DNA of 64,000 nt, from positions 32,001-96,000 of the forward strand of contig CAWIMJ010000016.1 of assembly GCA_963837175.1 (NCBI GenBank), given 5' to 3'. This DNA comes from an uncultured Nitrososphaeraceae archaeon (lineage in GTDB: Archaea; Thermoproteota; Nitrososphaeria; Nitrososphaerales; Nitrososphaeraceae). The notes beneath the pieces were generated by a model that saw nothing but the letters and a program-made list of their open reading frames with translations, was not told where the DNA came from and ran no database searches. Shown in pieces: positions 31,054 to 41,955 of this stretch (positions are counted from its first letter, which is position 1; every line of letters starts with the position of its first letter). A program made the position numbers and the translations under genes.

Positions 31054-32226
31054 CTATCTATCAGCCTCCACTGGCCAGTAATTTAATGCCCAATAAATAG
31101 AGGGCATGTCTGCCAATTTTGCTCCTATTAGTAAATGAGGTAATGCTAGAATGTTTCTAAAAGAGCCAACAGATATCTTAACTCTATAAGGTTTTGGAGT
31201 TCCATCACTTACAATATAATATCCAAGAGCGCCCCTTCCTGATTCAACCCTCCTATAAGCTTCGCCTGGAAGCCCCTTAGGGTTAGGCTGCAACTTTGCT
31301 CGAACTTCTCCAGAATCAGGCATCTTATCTAGCAGCTGTCTCATAATATGACATGATTCTTTCATATCCAATAATGGAACATAAGCTCTTGCGAATGAAT
31401 CGCATGTTTTCATATATTGGACTTTAAAATCGATTTCATTGTATACATCGTATGGTTCAGCTTTCCGGACATCGAATGGGATTCCAGAAGCCCGTAGCAC
31501 AGAACCTGTAACGCCTAGTTTAATTGCATCTTCCTTTGTCAAGATTCCAACTCCCTCTGTCCTCTGTCGTAATAATGGGTTATTGTAAAATATGTCCTCA
31601 TATTCCTTTAACCGTTTCTCAAAATATGCAATGTTTCTTAGGCACCTATCCTTAAAGCCATTTGGTACATCATTTCTGACGCCTCCGGGTATGTTGAATG
31701 CATGAGTTACCCTTGCACCAGTCAGTGCATCCAATAAATCAATAAATAATTCCCTGTCGCCTGTTGGCCACATAAACATAGTAGAATGGCCAAGAAAGAT
31801 TCCATAGATTGCAAGCCAATATAGTGTATATACTTGACGGTTAAGCTCTGATGCAATGGCTCTAATGAACTGCCCTCGTCTAGGGACTTGAATCCCCACT
31901 AGTTCTTCTACTGCTAGACTATACGAATATGTAATATTATTAGAATCATGAATAACAGGACGCTCAAGATGAGGTATATTTTGAATGAAATTACGGTACT
32001 CACACATTTTCTCTTCTCCTCGATGCACATAGCCGGGATCAGGATCGCAATAAACAATATAATCTCCATCAAGCTTAATGGTAAATCTAAAGTGTCCTGA
32101 ACCTGGATGTTGAGGTCCAACGCTTAGCGTCATTAAACGATCGTCAGGAGATTCTTTTACTATTTCCATGCTTAGTTTATCAGATTGGTCTATTCTATCT
32201 TGAATATTTGCCAATTTTTCTCTCAC
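31054..32226 (-). CDS. nuoD: NADH-quinone oxidoreductase subunit D
   Basis: GPQHPGSGH, GYVHRGEEK, ESGRG, EADR terminus. Confidence 0.95.
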   Translation of the reverse strand: MREKLANIQDRIDQSDKLSMEIVKESPDDRLMTLSVGPQHPGSGHFRFTIKLDGDYIVYCDPDPGYVHRGEEKMCEYRNFIQNIPHLERPVIHDSNNITYSYSLAVEELVGIQVPRRGQFIRAIASELNRQVYTLYWLAIYGIFLGHSTMFMWPTGDRELFIDLLDALTGARVTHAFNIPGGVRNDVPNGFKDRCLRNIAYFEKRLKEYEDIFYNNPLLRQRTEGVGILTKEDAIKLGVTGSVLRASGIPFDVRKAEPYDVYNEIDFKVQYMKTCDSFARAYVPLLDMKESCHIMRQLLDKMPDSGEVRAKLQPNPKGLPGEAYRRVESGRGALGYYIVSDGTPKPYRVKISVGSFRNILALPHLLIGAKLADMPSIYWALNYWPVEADR

Positions 32227-32227
32227 C

Positions 32228-32909
32228 TTATCTACCTTTTATTCTAAACTCCTTTCTCAATGGCGGAATATCAGCCCAGTCTTCAGGCAAGAGGAAACGC
32301 TCATTTCTTGGATGTCCTTCAAAATACACACCGAGCATTTCAAATGTCTCTCGCTCATGATACTCTACGCTTTTGTAGACGTTAATTAATGTTGGCAATC
32401 TTGCATCGTCACGATTTGTCCGAGTAGCCAAAACCAGGATATGGGCACCAAGATCTACTCTTGAATAAGAGCCTAAATGATAAACAACTTCAATTTGATT
32501 ATCTTTGGGATAATCAGTGCCTGCAATAGACTCTGCATGATCAAATGCCATAGAATCACGAAGAAAAGATGCCACTTCTACAATATTTGCAGGGTCAACA
32601 TATATTTTTATACGCAGGGGTCTTATATAACTAACTTTTACCTTATCTCCCAATTGAGAAGATATTTGATTTACAAGTTCCTTTTCAAAGAGTGGAGGCT
32701 CAGGTTCTTTTTTTGCTAGAGAAGTAGGCGCAGGAGGTTTAGATGGCGGCGTTGAGGGTGATGCTTTGGTCACAGGAGTAGATGAAGAAATATTAGTGCT
32801 TGGACTATTAGCGAGCAGCGGGTTTGGATGATGATGAAGAGGAGGAAGATATTGAAGATTCAGAAATGTTTGTGTCGCCAGATTTATTCTTATTTGAATC
32901 TTCACTCAT
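32228..32909 (-). CDS. nuoC: NADH-quinone oxidoreductase subunit C; likely start MSEDSN at 32909, one extra base at 32813
   Basis: ERETFEMLGVYFEGHP, PPLRK; Ser/Pro-rich N-terminal extension. Confidence 0.92.
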
Positions 32910-32910
32910 A

Positions 32911-33426
32911 TTACTTAATCTTCGACCTTTTGATCTTTTCTTGTAGCAACATCGTGCCTTGGATCAACGTTTCAGGTCGAGGAGGACATCCGGGAACATA
33001 TACATCTACTGGGATAATTCCATCGACTCCCGGAAGCACATTGTATGAATCAATATACAATCCGCCTGTGATTGCGCATGCGCCCATTGCGATTACGTAT
33101 TTTGGCTCAGGCATCTGATCATAAACCATCCTCAATCTAGGTGCCATCTTACGAGTCACAGTACCTTGTACGACAATCAAATCGCACTGTCTTAATGAAC
33201 CGAATGCTTCAATAATTCCAAATCTTTCAACATCATATCTAGGACCTGAAGCTGCCCCAAATTCTACACTACAGCATGCCGTTTCTAAGTGTACAGGCCA
33301 TAAGGACCAAATTCTTCCCCAATTGATCGCAAAGCCTAAAGGCTTGTCTAATGCCTTCACTAGTACATCACTTAATTTGCTAACCATGACATTGAAGTTC
33401 GTAGGATTAAGAAGGTCTCTGATCAT
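32911..33426 (-). CDS. nuoB: NADH-quinone oxidoreductase subunit B
   Basis: ACCSVE, MGACA, PGCPPRPE. Confidence 0.96.
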   Translation of the reverse strand: MIRDLLNPTNFNVMVSKLSDVLVKALDKPLGFAINWGRIWSLWPVHLETACCSVEFGAASGPRYDVERFGIIEAFGSLRQCDLIVVQGTVTRKMAPRLRMVYDQMPEPKYVIAMGACAITGGLYIDSYNVLPGVDGIIPVDVYVPGCPPRPETLIQGTMLLQEKIKRSKIK

Positions 33427-33493
33427 TGCCTTTTTTCCTCAGTATTGGTCCACAGTTTTGATATATAATACTTGTTAGTGAAAGATACTACTA

Positions 33494-33868
33494 TTACCAA
33501 ATCCCTTTCCTGCCCGACAAATAAAGTGCATAGGCCATAGAGGAGAACATTATTCCTAAGAAAGCCATAATTGGAAGGGTTGCAGTTCTCGGAATTGAAA
33601 ATAGAGCTGTTGCCCAAGAAAAAAGGAAGATTGACATGACATCAAATACAACAAACATCAAAATGTAAGCATAATATTGCATCATAAAGTGCGAACGACC
33701 TTCACCGCTGGGCATCTGGCCACATTCCATAGGTAGGAATTTAACTGGATTGTATCGTCGTCTAGGTGATAATAGTCTAGATAAAATTAATGCGGGAACA
33801 GCAGCTAGTATACCAAACCCGAACATGTACATAATTGGAGTAAATTGTGCAACAGTCTCTCCAGCCAA
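33494..33868 (-). CDS. nuoA: NADH-quinone oxidoreductase subunit A
   Basis: MECG, YY..ILMFVVFDV. Confidence 0.94.
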   Translation of the reverse strand: MAGETVAQFTPIMYMFGFGILAAVPALILSRLLSPRRRYNPVKFLPMECGQMPSGEGRSHFMMQYYAYILMFVVFDVMSIFLFSWATALFSIPRTATLPIMAFLGIMFSSMAYALYLSGRKGIW

Positions 33869-33907
33869 TGCACCACTTGCTGATTTATGAAGATATAAAA
33901 GTCTTGC

Positions 33908-35119
33908 TTAATGTTTTGAAACTATATTAAATAGTTGGCGAGCAGCAAGCTTTGGATGGTTTAGGGCCAATCTCATCATCTTCACTGTTGTGAACTCTGC
34001 TTTAATAAAATCTAAAAACTCATCTGTAGATAAATCTCTTAATATATCAATTTCTTTATCCCATTCATCGTCTGAAAGTCCAATCCAGCGTGCTTGAACC
34101 TTAAGAGCTGCCTTGATTTTTGATTCTACCCTCTTTCTCACAATTTGCTCATACACCATAAGGGATGCCTTCTCAGAATCTTGAGTAAGAGACCTAGCTC
34201 CAATTTCGCCTGCCAACCTACCGAATTCAATAGCATACCTAATTCCTTCTAATACCAGCGGATTAGACTGTCCTGCTGAATCTCCTACCATGATAAAGCC
34301 ATCAGAGACAGAAGATTCCCTAAGGCCCTCGTTTGGTATAAATCCATAATGTAACTCTATCGGTTGGATTTTACCTAGCCTGTCTAATGGTTTCAATTTC
34401 TTTTCAAATATCCAATGTAACTTTTGCATTGGATCTATATTAGATTCAGGTCTACCAACACCAATTCCGATTCTTACTCTATTCTTTGACACTGGAAAAA
34501 CCCATGCGTAGCCAGCGTCCGAATACGTATGTCCTACCATGAGTGTCCATGTTGCAGGATCCACGTGCTCACAATAGCACTCGTATTCAGCTCCGACTCC
34601 GTATCTTTTCCATTCGTTAACACTCCGCAACCTTCGACCAACAGAACTAGTGAAACCGCTTGCATCAATCACTAATTTACAATTTATTGCTAAATCTCCT
34701 TTTGGTGTGCTTACTTTTAATCCTACGGCTCGGTTTTTGGAGTCAGTTATTACATTGGTAACATTGCTCCTTACCATAATTTCGGCACCGGCCTCTGCTG
34801 CTAAAAACGCAAGAAACTGATACGTCATTCGAACATTTAATACACATGATTTTGCGGTATCTCCACTGATAGTAACTTCATTAGAAGGCGATATCAAAGA
34901 ATAATTGTTTATCGGATTATAATGGTCTTTTGAAATTCCAAGTTTTTCTATATCCTCTATCCAACTCACACCACTAGTTCTTATGTTATGTGCAATCGAA
35001 TCATCCTTTTCGAACAGGATTACATTTGCTCCTAAGATTGAGGCTTTATATGCAGCTGAGAGTCCTGCAGGACCTCCACCTACAATTGCAATATCATATC
35101 TTAAAGTGGTAGTAGTCAT
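33908..35119 (-). CDS. Geranylgeranyl reductase family flavoprotein (DGGGPL reductase-like)
   Basis: GGGPAG, YAWVFP, GDSAG..NP...EGI. Confidence 0.88.
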   Translation of the reverse strand: MTTTTLRYDIAIVGGGPAGLSAAYKASILGANVILFEKDDSIAHNIRTSGVSWIEDIEKLGISKDHYNPINNYSLISPSNEVTISGDTAKSCVLNVRMTYQFLAFLAAEAGAEIMVRSNVTNVITDSKNRAVGLKVSTPKGDLAINCKLVIDASGFTSSVGRRLRSVNEWKRYGVGAEYECYCEHVDPATWTLMVGHTYSDAGYAWVFPVSKNRVRIGIGVGRPESNIDPMQKLHWIFEKKLKPLDRLGKIQPIELHYGFIPNEGLRESSVSDGFIMVGDSAGQSNPLVLEGIRYAIEFGRLAGEIGARSLTQDSEKASLMVYEQIVRKRVESKIKAALKVQARWIGLSDDEWDKEIDILRDLSTDEFLDFIKAEFTTVKMMRLALNHPKLAARQLFNIVSKH

Positions 35120-35122
35120 ATC

Positions 35123-36487
35123 TCATCCTGCAGTAAATGAAATATTGTCAAACCGCATGTAAGGAAGAATAGAATCTGATAGGACCTTTTGTTCTTTTGA
35201 GATACCAGTAAGATCATTTAATGCATCAAATACATTACCTGCCACCATAACTTCCTTTATAGCATATTCAATATTTCCCTTCTCTATGTATTGTCCACCT
35301 TTAACAACACCTGAAAAATCACCATTTACAGGATTCACATTTCCAGAAAATCTGTTTATTATAATGCCTTTGTCCATTTCAGAAATCAGAGTTTCTGCTC
35401 TTGACTTACCTGCTTCTATTATAATATTAGTTGTAGATACTATAGGGGGAGTTTTAGGAGAACCGCCTGCATTGCCCGTACTTTCTGTATTATCTTTATT
35501 AGCAGTATAGGTATTGTAAAGGAATTTTTTCAAAATTCCTTTTTCAATTATTATGTTACATTGATGAGAAATACCCTCTCTATCAAAACTTGACGCTGCT
35601 AAACCCTTAGTATTAGTAGCATCGTCTATAATGGTTAGTAAATCAGAAGAGACGGATTTTCCAAGCTTTCCCTTAAATTTACTCGCATCTTTCTGCATGG
35701 TCTGTGAATTAATTGAATACGCGACTACATCCTGTACCAATTCAGTTACTGCAGAAGGAGTAAGGAGCATTTCTCCCTTAAAGCTCTGGATTTTTTTAGA
35801 ATCCAAAGAATCTATAACTGACTTAGCGAATTCTCTGCTTGTTGAACATACATTGATATCTTTGACATTGTGAGTACCACCGAATTGAAAATCAAAATTA
35901 GATACTTCACTGCCGTCTATTGCCATTCCCATAATAGACCACGAAAATGCACTGATTGTTTCTTTTACTCTTATTCCATTGGAGTTCAGCAAAGCATGGG
36001 TCATCACAGAGCTTGTAAAATTACCGCTATCGACACTCACCCTCTTGTCATAAGCTTTTGCAGCATCTAACATATCGACTGCCATTTTTACAGCATCAGA
36101 TGCTGTAAAAGATTCAGATTTTCTATCATAGATACCATTTAGCAATTCTACTCTTCGTGAAAAAGGCATCGAATTGAATTTATCAGATGGACTCACCCTA
36201 GCAAGTTTAATAGCCTGCGTAACTGCGTCGCTGACGCATTCCTTTTCTAGCACATTGGTAGAAGAAAAACCTAATGAATTATTTACAAACACTCTGATTC
36301 CCAATCCGCCAGTCCGGTGAGATTTGCACTGTTTTAGATCGTTATTCTCAATAAAGACCTCTGATTCTTTATTGCTCACTCCATAAGCTTCACAATAGTC
36401 AGCTCCCTTTTTTTCTGCCTCCCTCAATACAAAACTACAAATTTCTTCCAATTTTCCTACTGCAGACCTCCGATAATCGCGTTGCAT
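35123..36487 (-). CDS. pmbA: TldE/PmbA family protein (start may be about 12 codons downstream)
   Basis: GLGIRV, FDREG, STGNA, NPVNGDFS; no HExxH. Confidence 0.88.
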   Translation of the reverse strand: MQRDYRRSAVGKLEEICSFVLREAEKKGADYCEAYGVSNKESEVFIENNDLKQCKSHRTGGLGIRVFVNNSLGFSSTNVLEKECVSDAVTQAIKLARVSPSDKFNSMPFSRRVELLNGIYDRKSESFTASDAVKMAVDMLDAAKAYDKRVSVDSGNFTSSVMTHALLNSNGIRVKETISAFSWSIMGMAIDGSEVSNFDFQFGGTHNVKDINVCSTSREFAKSVIDSLDSKKIQSFKGEMLLTPSAVTELVQDVVAYSINSQTMQKDASKFKGKLGKSVSSDLLTIIDDATNTKGLAASSFDREGISHQCNIIIEKGILKKFLYNTYTANKDNTESTGNAGGSPKTPPIVSTTNIIIEAGKSRAETLISEMDKGIIINRFSGNVNPVNGDFSGVVKGGQYIEKGNIEYAIKEVMVAGNVFDALNDLTGISKEQKVLSDSILPYMRFDNISFTAG

Positions 36488-37866
36488 CTGATATGCGGTC
36501 CACCACCATCAACTTTTGCTGGTTGAAATTTACCACAGTATCCTGTTCCTATGTCGAATTTAAAATCCCTTCCTACCATGTCCACAGATTGTAATACATC
36601 AAAAGCACTACCAGAAATACTAGCACCTCTTAGAAGTTCCTTTAGTTCACCCCTTTCAATTAAGTATACTTCTTGAGATCCAAACATAAATTCCCCATTC
36701 GCATCAGCCTGACCATTTCTAGCGCCTTTTATTAGATAGCCGTGTCTTGTTTCCTTCACAATATCATCAAATTTATCATGTCCAGGTTCAATGAATGTAT
36801 TCCTCATCCTAATTAGCAGATCATCATCATATTCAAAGGCACGTGCGTTGCCAGTTGGTGGAACATCGAACATTAATGCAGTTTCACGGTTATGTAAAAA
36901 AGACTTAAGTATACCCTCTTCTATAATTACGGTTCTACTTGCTAAAACTCCTTCATCATCAACTATGGTAGTTCCAGCTCCATTTGAAGCAATATCCTCT
37001 TGACCGCTATCTATCATCGTAACGAGATGGCTTGCTATTTTTGTTCCGATTTTATCTTTGACTATTGAGCCGGAAAGAACAAAATCAGCCTCTACCATAT
37101 GACCTATAGCCTCATGTGAGATTAAACCTACCATCCCCGGATCTAAAATTATCGTTGTCCTTTCGCCGATGACATGTTTTGCTTCCAGCAGCTTTGTTGC
37201 CTTTTCCGATGCTAGATTAGCATAGTCAATATGATCTTTTTCAGAAAACAAATCTTGCCATCCACCGGTTATTCCAATTCCCTCTGAGGTTGTTACGCTT
37301 TCGTTTTCTTTGCGTGCGACTGTCGTTACATTAAATTCTGGTTTAGAATCATATATTTCTACTTCTGCCCCATCGCTGTTAACTATTAATTTATGGTCTA
37401 ACATTTCACGATAGACACAAGAAGCAAATTTAATTAATGGAGAATACTTTCTAGCCTGCACTTCAGCCTCTTTTGTAATTCTTACTTTATTTTCGATATC
37501 AATGCTAGAAAGGTCACCTCTAATCTTTGTTTTAAATAGACCCTTAGCTAGCTTTGATGATGCAAGCCCTTCAACTTTATTCTTTTTTGTTCCAGCAAGT
37601 AGTTTTGCTACTGTTATAGCTTCATAAAGAGAGTCTTTTAATGCATTCTTTGAAAGAAGGTTTGTACTGCTAAAACCCCAGCAACCGTCTACAAGGACTC
37701 TAATACCACATCCAGAGTTTTGAATGCTACGAATTCGTTCAAGTTCACCATTGCTAAAATTTACTTCATTTGTAGTTCTGGATTGATAACGCACCTCAAC
37801 ATATTTTGTATCCTTAGCTTTGGAAATCAGAGAACACAAGTCATCAATTACCAGCAAATTTGTCAT
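36457..37866 (-). CDS. tldD: TldD metalloprotease
   Basis: HEAIGH, DDEG, TGNAR, RMRNT, CGK. Confidence 0.92.
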   Translation of the reverse strand: MTNLLVIDDLCSLISKAKDTKYVEVRYQSRTTNEVNFSNGELERIRSIQNSGCGIRVLVDGCWGFSSTNLLSKNALKDSLYEAITVAKLLAGTKKNKVEGLASSKLAKGLFKTKIRGDLSSIDIENKVRITKEAEVQARKYSPLIKFASCVYREMLDHKLIVNSDGAEVEIYDSKPEFNVTTVARKENESVTTSEGIGITGGWQDLFSEKDHIDYANLASEKATKLLEAKHVIGERTTIILDPGMVGLISHEAIGHMVEADFVLSGSIVKDKIGTKIASHLVTMIDSGQEDIASNGAGTTIVDDEGVLASRTVIIEEGILKSFLHNRETALMFDVPPTGNARAFEYDDDLLIRMRNTFIEPGHDKFDDIVKETRHGYLIKGARNGQADANGEFMFGSQEVYLIERGELKELLRGASISGSAFDVLQSVDMVGRDFKFDIGTGYCGKFQPAKVDGGGPHIRCNAIIGGLQ

Positions 37867-38177
37867 TATGATAAAACCACATACTCAATTACTCTCAATT
37901 ATGTTTATCTAATGGCCTAGCCTAAGCTAGAGTACAAGTCCATTCCATACAATATAAATACAATGCTAAAAGAAACTGTGCATCAGAATGTAAGAGATAT
38001 TTAAGAATCAATAAATAATGAGTATCTTAGTATATGAGGTAAAGGATGAGAAATGATATTTTAATCAATTACTCTTACCTAACTATTTTGAGAATGATAT
38101 TGTTAGACTATCATTGTTTTTGCTTATAAATTTTCCCATCAAATACTCTTATTCATAGTAGGCATAATAAATTTAAT

Positions 38178-39170
38178 ATTGTCCCTGCCATACCTGCACC
38201 TGAATTTAAAGATATTTTCATTTGGGCAAATTCAGAGCCGCTTTCGATTAAAGGTTTGAATGGAAAGGTTATTCTGCTAGACTGCTGGACATATACATGT
38301 ATCTTTTGCTCGCGTACTATTCCTATAATGAAACATTTACAGCAAAAATATGCTAAGAATGGATTTCAAGTAATCCAAGCACATTCCGCAGAATATAATT
38401 TTGCTAAAGATGTATCGAATATACAGAGCACTATTACGATATAACATAAAAAATATTCCAGTTGCATTTGAAACCGATAATAAGAATATGGTAAGCATAT
38501 GGTAATACATATTGGCCAAAACATGTTTTAATAGATCATAATGGCTTTGTCCGTTATGAGCATGCAGGATATGGAAGAATTCAAGATTTTGAAGATGCAT
38601 TAGTAGAATTGTTAGAGGAGGCTGGTCAGAAACCAGCTAAATCCAGAGACTGAAAATCCGACTGATGAGATTTTTAATACTTATGGAATGCACTATGATG
38701 GTATCGCATCTGAGATATGCGTTGGTTATTCAAGTCTTGGAAGGTTTGGAAACAACCAAACAATGAAGCATGATAAACCAAATATCGTAGTAGATAGTGG
38801 ATGTCATGACAATAATTTAGTTTATCTGCGTAGGAAATGGATATGGGAGCATGAAGGCGTACGATTTTGTTCTGATCATAAAGAGAAAAACCCGGCAGTA
38901 ATAGCAAAATATGACAATGCAAAACGCGTACATGGAATTATTGGATCATCAGATGGCAAGGTTGGAAAGGTAGAAGATAAACTAGACGAAAACTATTTGA
39001 CAGAAAAATGTGCAGGAAAGGATGTAAGAATAAAAAATGGTGTCAGTTTTGCAGACATAAAATGGTCATTCATGCATAACTTGGTAAGAACACAAGAGCC
39101 TGAAATACATGAAATAGAGATAACTCCTCGATCCGAGAATTTTATATTTTATACGTTTGTATTCGGGTAG
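38178..39170 (+). pseudogene. Redoxin/DipZ-like thioredoxin-fold protein with three lesions
   Basis: PAPEF..., DCWTYTCIFC, HSAEY, YGNTYWPKHVLID, C-terminal YTFVFG; breaks near 38430, 38490 and 38645. Confidence 0.8.
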
Positions 39171-39310
39171 ATGGATAGCAGTAATTAATAATTTTATGGA
39201 ACTAGTACTGATCGATAATTATTATTTCTATGATTTAAACAATCGTCATCTTCATAATTGACAAGATCTCATGTTAAATGTTTTTCTATCAATAAGGTAT
39301 TCTGGTAAAT

Positions 39311-39817
39311 ATGTACAAAGATGATATTAAAGATGTGGAACAGCAGCAGCTCAGAGAGGGTGATATAGCACCAGACTTTACCTCATCTGATTCTGATGGT
39401 CATAGTTTCAAGCTATCGGATTTTCGTAGAAAAAAGAACGTCGTAGTCTACTTTTATCCAAAAGACTTTACACCGGGTTGCACAACAGAGGCAATAGAAT
39501 TCACAAAAGATTATAACAAGATAAAGGACTCTAACATTGAGATTATAGGTGTTAGCCCGGACAATGATGATTCACATAAAAAGTTTAGGCAAAAAATAAA
39601 AATTCCCTATCTGCTTTCAGCTGATATCCAAAACGAAACATCCAAGAAATATGGTGTTTATGGGCCTAAGAGTTTTATGGGTAAGGAGTATAATGGTGTT
39701 AACAGATCTACTTTTCTAATCGACACAAATGGAAAAATTATTAGAATTTTCTCAAAAGTAAAACCAGCTGGTCACAGTCAAGAAGTAATTGATTCCTTTA
39801 GAAGGAAAATTGAGTGA
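39311..39817 (+). CDS. bcp: Peroxiredoxin BCP
   Basis: YFYPKDFTPGCTTEA, RSTFLID. Confidence 0.92.
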   Translation: MYKDDIKDVEQQQLREGDIAPDFTSSDSDGHSFKLSDFRRKKNVVVYFYPKDFTPGCTTEAIEFTKDYNKIKDSNIEIIGVSPDNDDSHKKFRQKIKIPYLLSADIQNETSKKYGVYGPKSFMGKEYNGVNRSTFLIDTNGKIIRIFSKVKPAGHSQEVIDSFRRKIE

Positions 39818-40205
39818 TGCAAAGAATGAGATCATATTGTTATTATAACTAATTATGTAGAATGATTTCACTCTGACATTTATTTATTAATCGCTGAAGA
39901 ATTTTTTAATCTCAAATAAAAAAAATCCTTTTTTTACTCATATTACTCTTTCTCTCTCGTCCAACGGCTGATCAGTCTTTTGTTTGAAGAACCTAAAATA
40001 ATCACTCATTTTTTTAATATTTTATGGCATAGATACTTGTTTTTGATCTTTCTAATTGAAACTAGAAGCTTATCACAAATAATAAAGAGATATGGTTGAT
40101 AGGGAATACTCTATAATATTCATCCTGTAAACTTCTAATCGAATAGATATATATGTATATATATAGTAGAGATGAAAATTTAGAGTTTTCTTCTTGGGTC
40201 TTAAG

Positions 40206-40290
40206 TGCGGGAGATGGGATTTGAACCCACGAACCCCTAAGGGATAAGAGCCTCAGTCTTACGCCTTTGGCCAAGCTGGGCGACTCCCGC
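40206..40290 (-). tRNA. tRNA-Leu(GAG)
   Basis: GCGGGAGTCGCCCAGCTTGGCCAAAGGCGTAAGACTGAGGCTCTTA...GGTTCAAATCCCATCTCCCGCA; long variable arm. Confidence 0.95.
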
Positions 40291-40463
40291 TCGTTATAAA
40301 ATGAATACCGCTAATTTGAATATTACCCGTTTTGATGACCTAAATTACCATAATAACTAACAGACAAAGTCTTAAATTATATTAATAACAAATTGTCAAT
40401 AACTTATCACATTCATAATTGTATGATAATGGTTTTTATAGGTCTTTAAAGGAGGACAAAGAT

Positions 40464-40700
40464 GTGTTAGTACCCATACGTTGTTTTACCTGTGGGAATT
40501 TAGTTGCAGATAAATATGCAGAGTATTCAAACAGAGTACAAGCAGGACAAGATCCTGCGAAGGTTATGGATTCTTTAAATGTGAAACGTTACTGTTGTCG
40601 ACGAATGTTTGTTTCTACAGTCGAAACAATATATCAGGTAATACCTTATTACGAGGCGCTACGACAAAGGATGTCAGAAATTAAGTCAGAAATAGAATAA
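40464..40700 (+). CDS. rpoN: DNA-directed RNA polymerase subunit N (Rpo10)
   Basis: PIRCFTCG...RYCCRRM; GTG start. Confidence 0.96.
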   Translation: MLVPIRCFTCGNLVADKYAEYSNRVQAGQDPAKVMDSLNVKRYCCRRMFVSTVETIYQVIPYYEALRQRMSEIKSEIE

Positions 40701-40706
40701 GATAAA

Positions 40707-41954
40707 ATGCCATTAATCTCAGCGGTTAAAGGCAGGATTATTTTTAATAGTAGAGGAAGTAAAACTATAGAGATCGACGTTATCACTGACAACAAATTCT
40801 TTGGGAGAGCATGCGCTCCTTCAGGGGCTAGTGTAGGAAAATTAGAAGCGCAAAGTTTTTCTGACAATAGACCTGAAAAATCACTTGAAATATTCAATGA
40901 AAATATAAGGAAATTCATTGGCATAGAAGCACAAGATCCAAAGGCAATTTTTGACGTTTTAAAATCTATTGACAACAGTATGTCATATGCTAACATTGGC
41001 GGCGCGATTGCCTATGCTTTGAGCATTGCGTCTGTTGATTCAGCAGCAAAGGCACTAGATGTACCGTTATTCAAATTATTAAATGCAAGAAAACAATATA
41101 AGTTTCCTTATCCGTTAGGGAATATTTTAGGCGGCGGTGCTCATGCTGGCCCTGGTACTCCTGATATTCAAGAGATTCTCGCTTGTCCAATAGGTGCTAG
41201 AAATATAATGGAGGCTCTGGAAATGAACTTTCAACTCCATGCACAAGTTCGTAAAGTCATTGAATCCATTGACAAACGATTTACAAATGGTCGGGGAGAT
41301 GAGGGTGCATGGGCGCCTAATCTTAATAATGACCAAGCGTTAGATATTGTAGAGAAGGCTGTCAAAAATTGTGGTTTTACTATAGGTAAAGACATGGCTT
41401 TGGGAATTGACTTTGCTAGTTCTTCAATGTGGAATGAAAACAGACAAGTTTATGATTATTCTAGGCAGGGAATCTTACGAGATACCCAAGAACAAATTGA
41501 GTTTGTTAATTACTTAATTAACACCTACAAACTCATATATGTAGAAGATCCTGTTCATGAGGAAGATTTCGAGGGTATGGCAGCTGTCACTAAAAAGAAT
41601 CCAAATTGTCTAGTCACAGGTGATGACATATTAGTTACAAATGCTGCACGTGTAAGAGAAGCAATAAGGCGTGGATCCTGTAATGCCGCGATTTTGAAAG
41701 TGAATCAGGCAGGAAGTCTACATGATGCCCTGAACTTTGTAAACGAATGTAATAATAACAATATAAGAATTGTAACATCGCATCGATCAGGTGAATCGAC
41801 TGACTCACACATTTCTCACATTGCAGTCGCTACTGGTTCGAAGATGCTAAAGGCAGGGATTGTAGGAGGAGAACGTGTTTCAAAGCTAAACGAACTTTTA
41901 CGGCTATCGGAGTATGATTTAATAGATGGAATGGCTGAAGTGTCCTTTGCTTAA
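40707..41954 (+). CDS. eno: Enolase
   Basis: PSGAS, GDEGA, VTGDD, LKVNQ, SHRSGES. Confidence 0.95.
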   Translation: MPLISAVKGRIIFNSRGSKTIEIDVITDNKFFGRACAPSGASVGKLEAQSFSDNRPEKSLEIFNENIRKFIGIEAQDPKAIFDVLKSIDNSMSYANIGGAIAYALSIASVDSAAKALDVPLFKLLNARKQYKFPYPLGNILGGGAHAGPGTPDIQEILACPIGARNIMEALEMNFQLHAQVRKVIESIDKRFTNGRGDEGAWAPNLNNDQALDIVEKAVKNCGFTIGKDMALGIDFASSSMWNENRQVYDYSRQGILRDTQEQIEFVNYLINTYKLIYVEDPVHEEDFEGMAAVTKKNPNCLVTGDDILVTNAARVREAIRRGSCNAAILKVNQAGSLHDALNFVNECNNNNIRIVTSHRSGESTDSHISHIAVATGSKMLKAGIVGGERVSKLNELLRLSEYDLIDGMAEVSFA

Positions 41955-41955
41955 C

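Noticed and set aside
28160-32820. Programmed ribosomal frameshifting in nuoM, nuoH and nuoC
   Set aside because: No slippery heptamers; a motif-linked single-base sequencing artefact is simpler
40062-40274. ORF 40062-40274 (and 53923-54126)
   Set aside because: They overlap tRNA-Leu and tRNA-Ala; spurious translations
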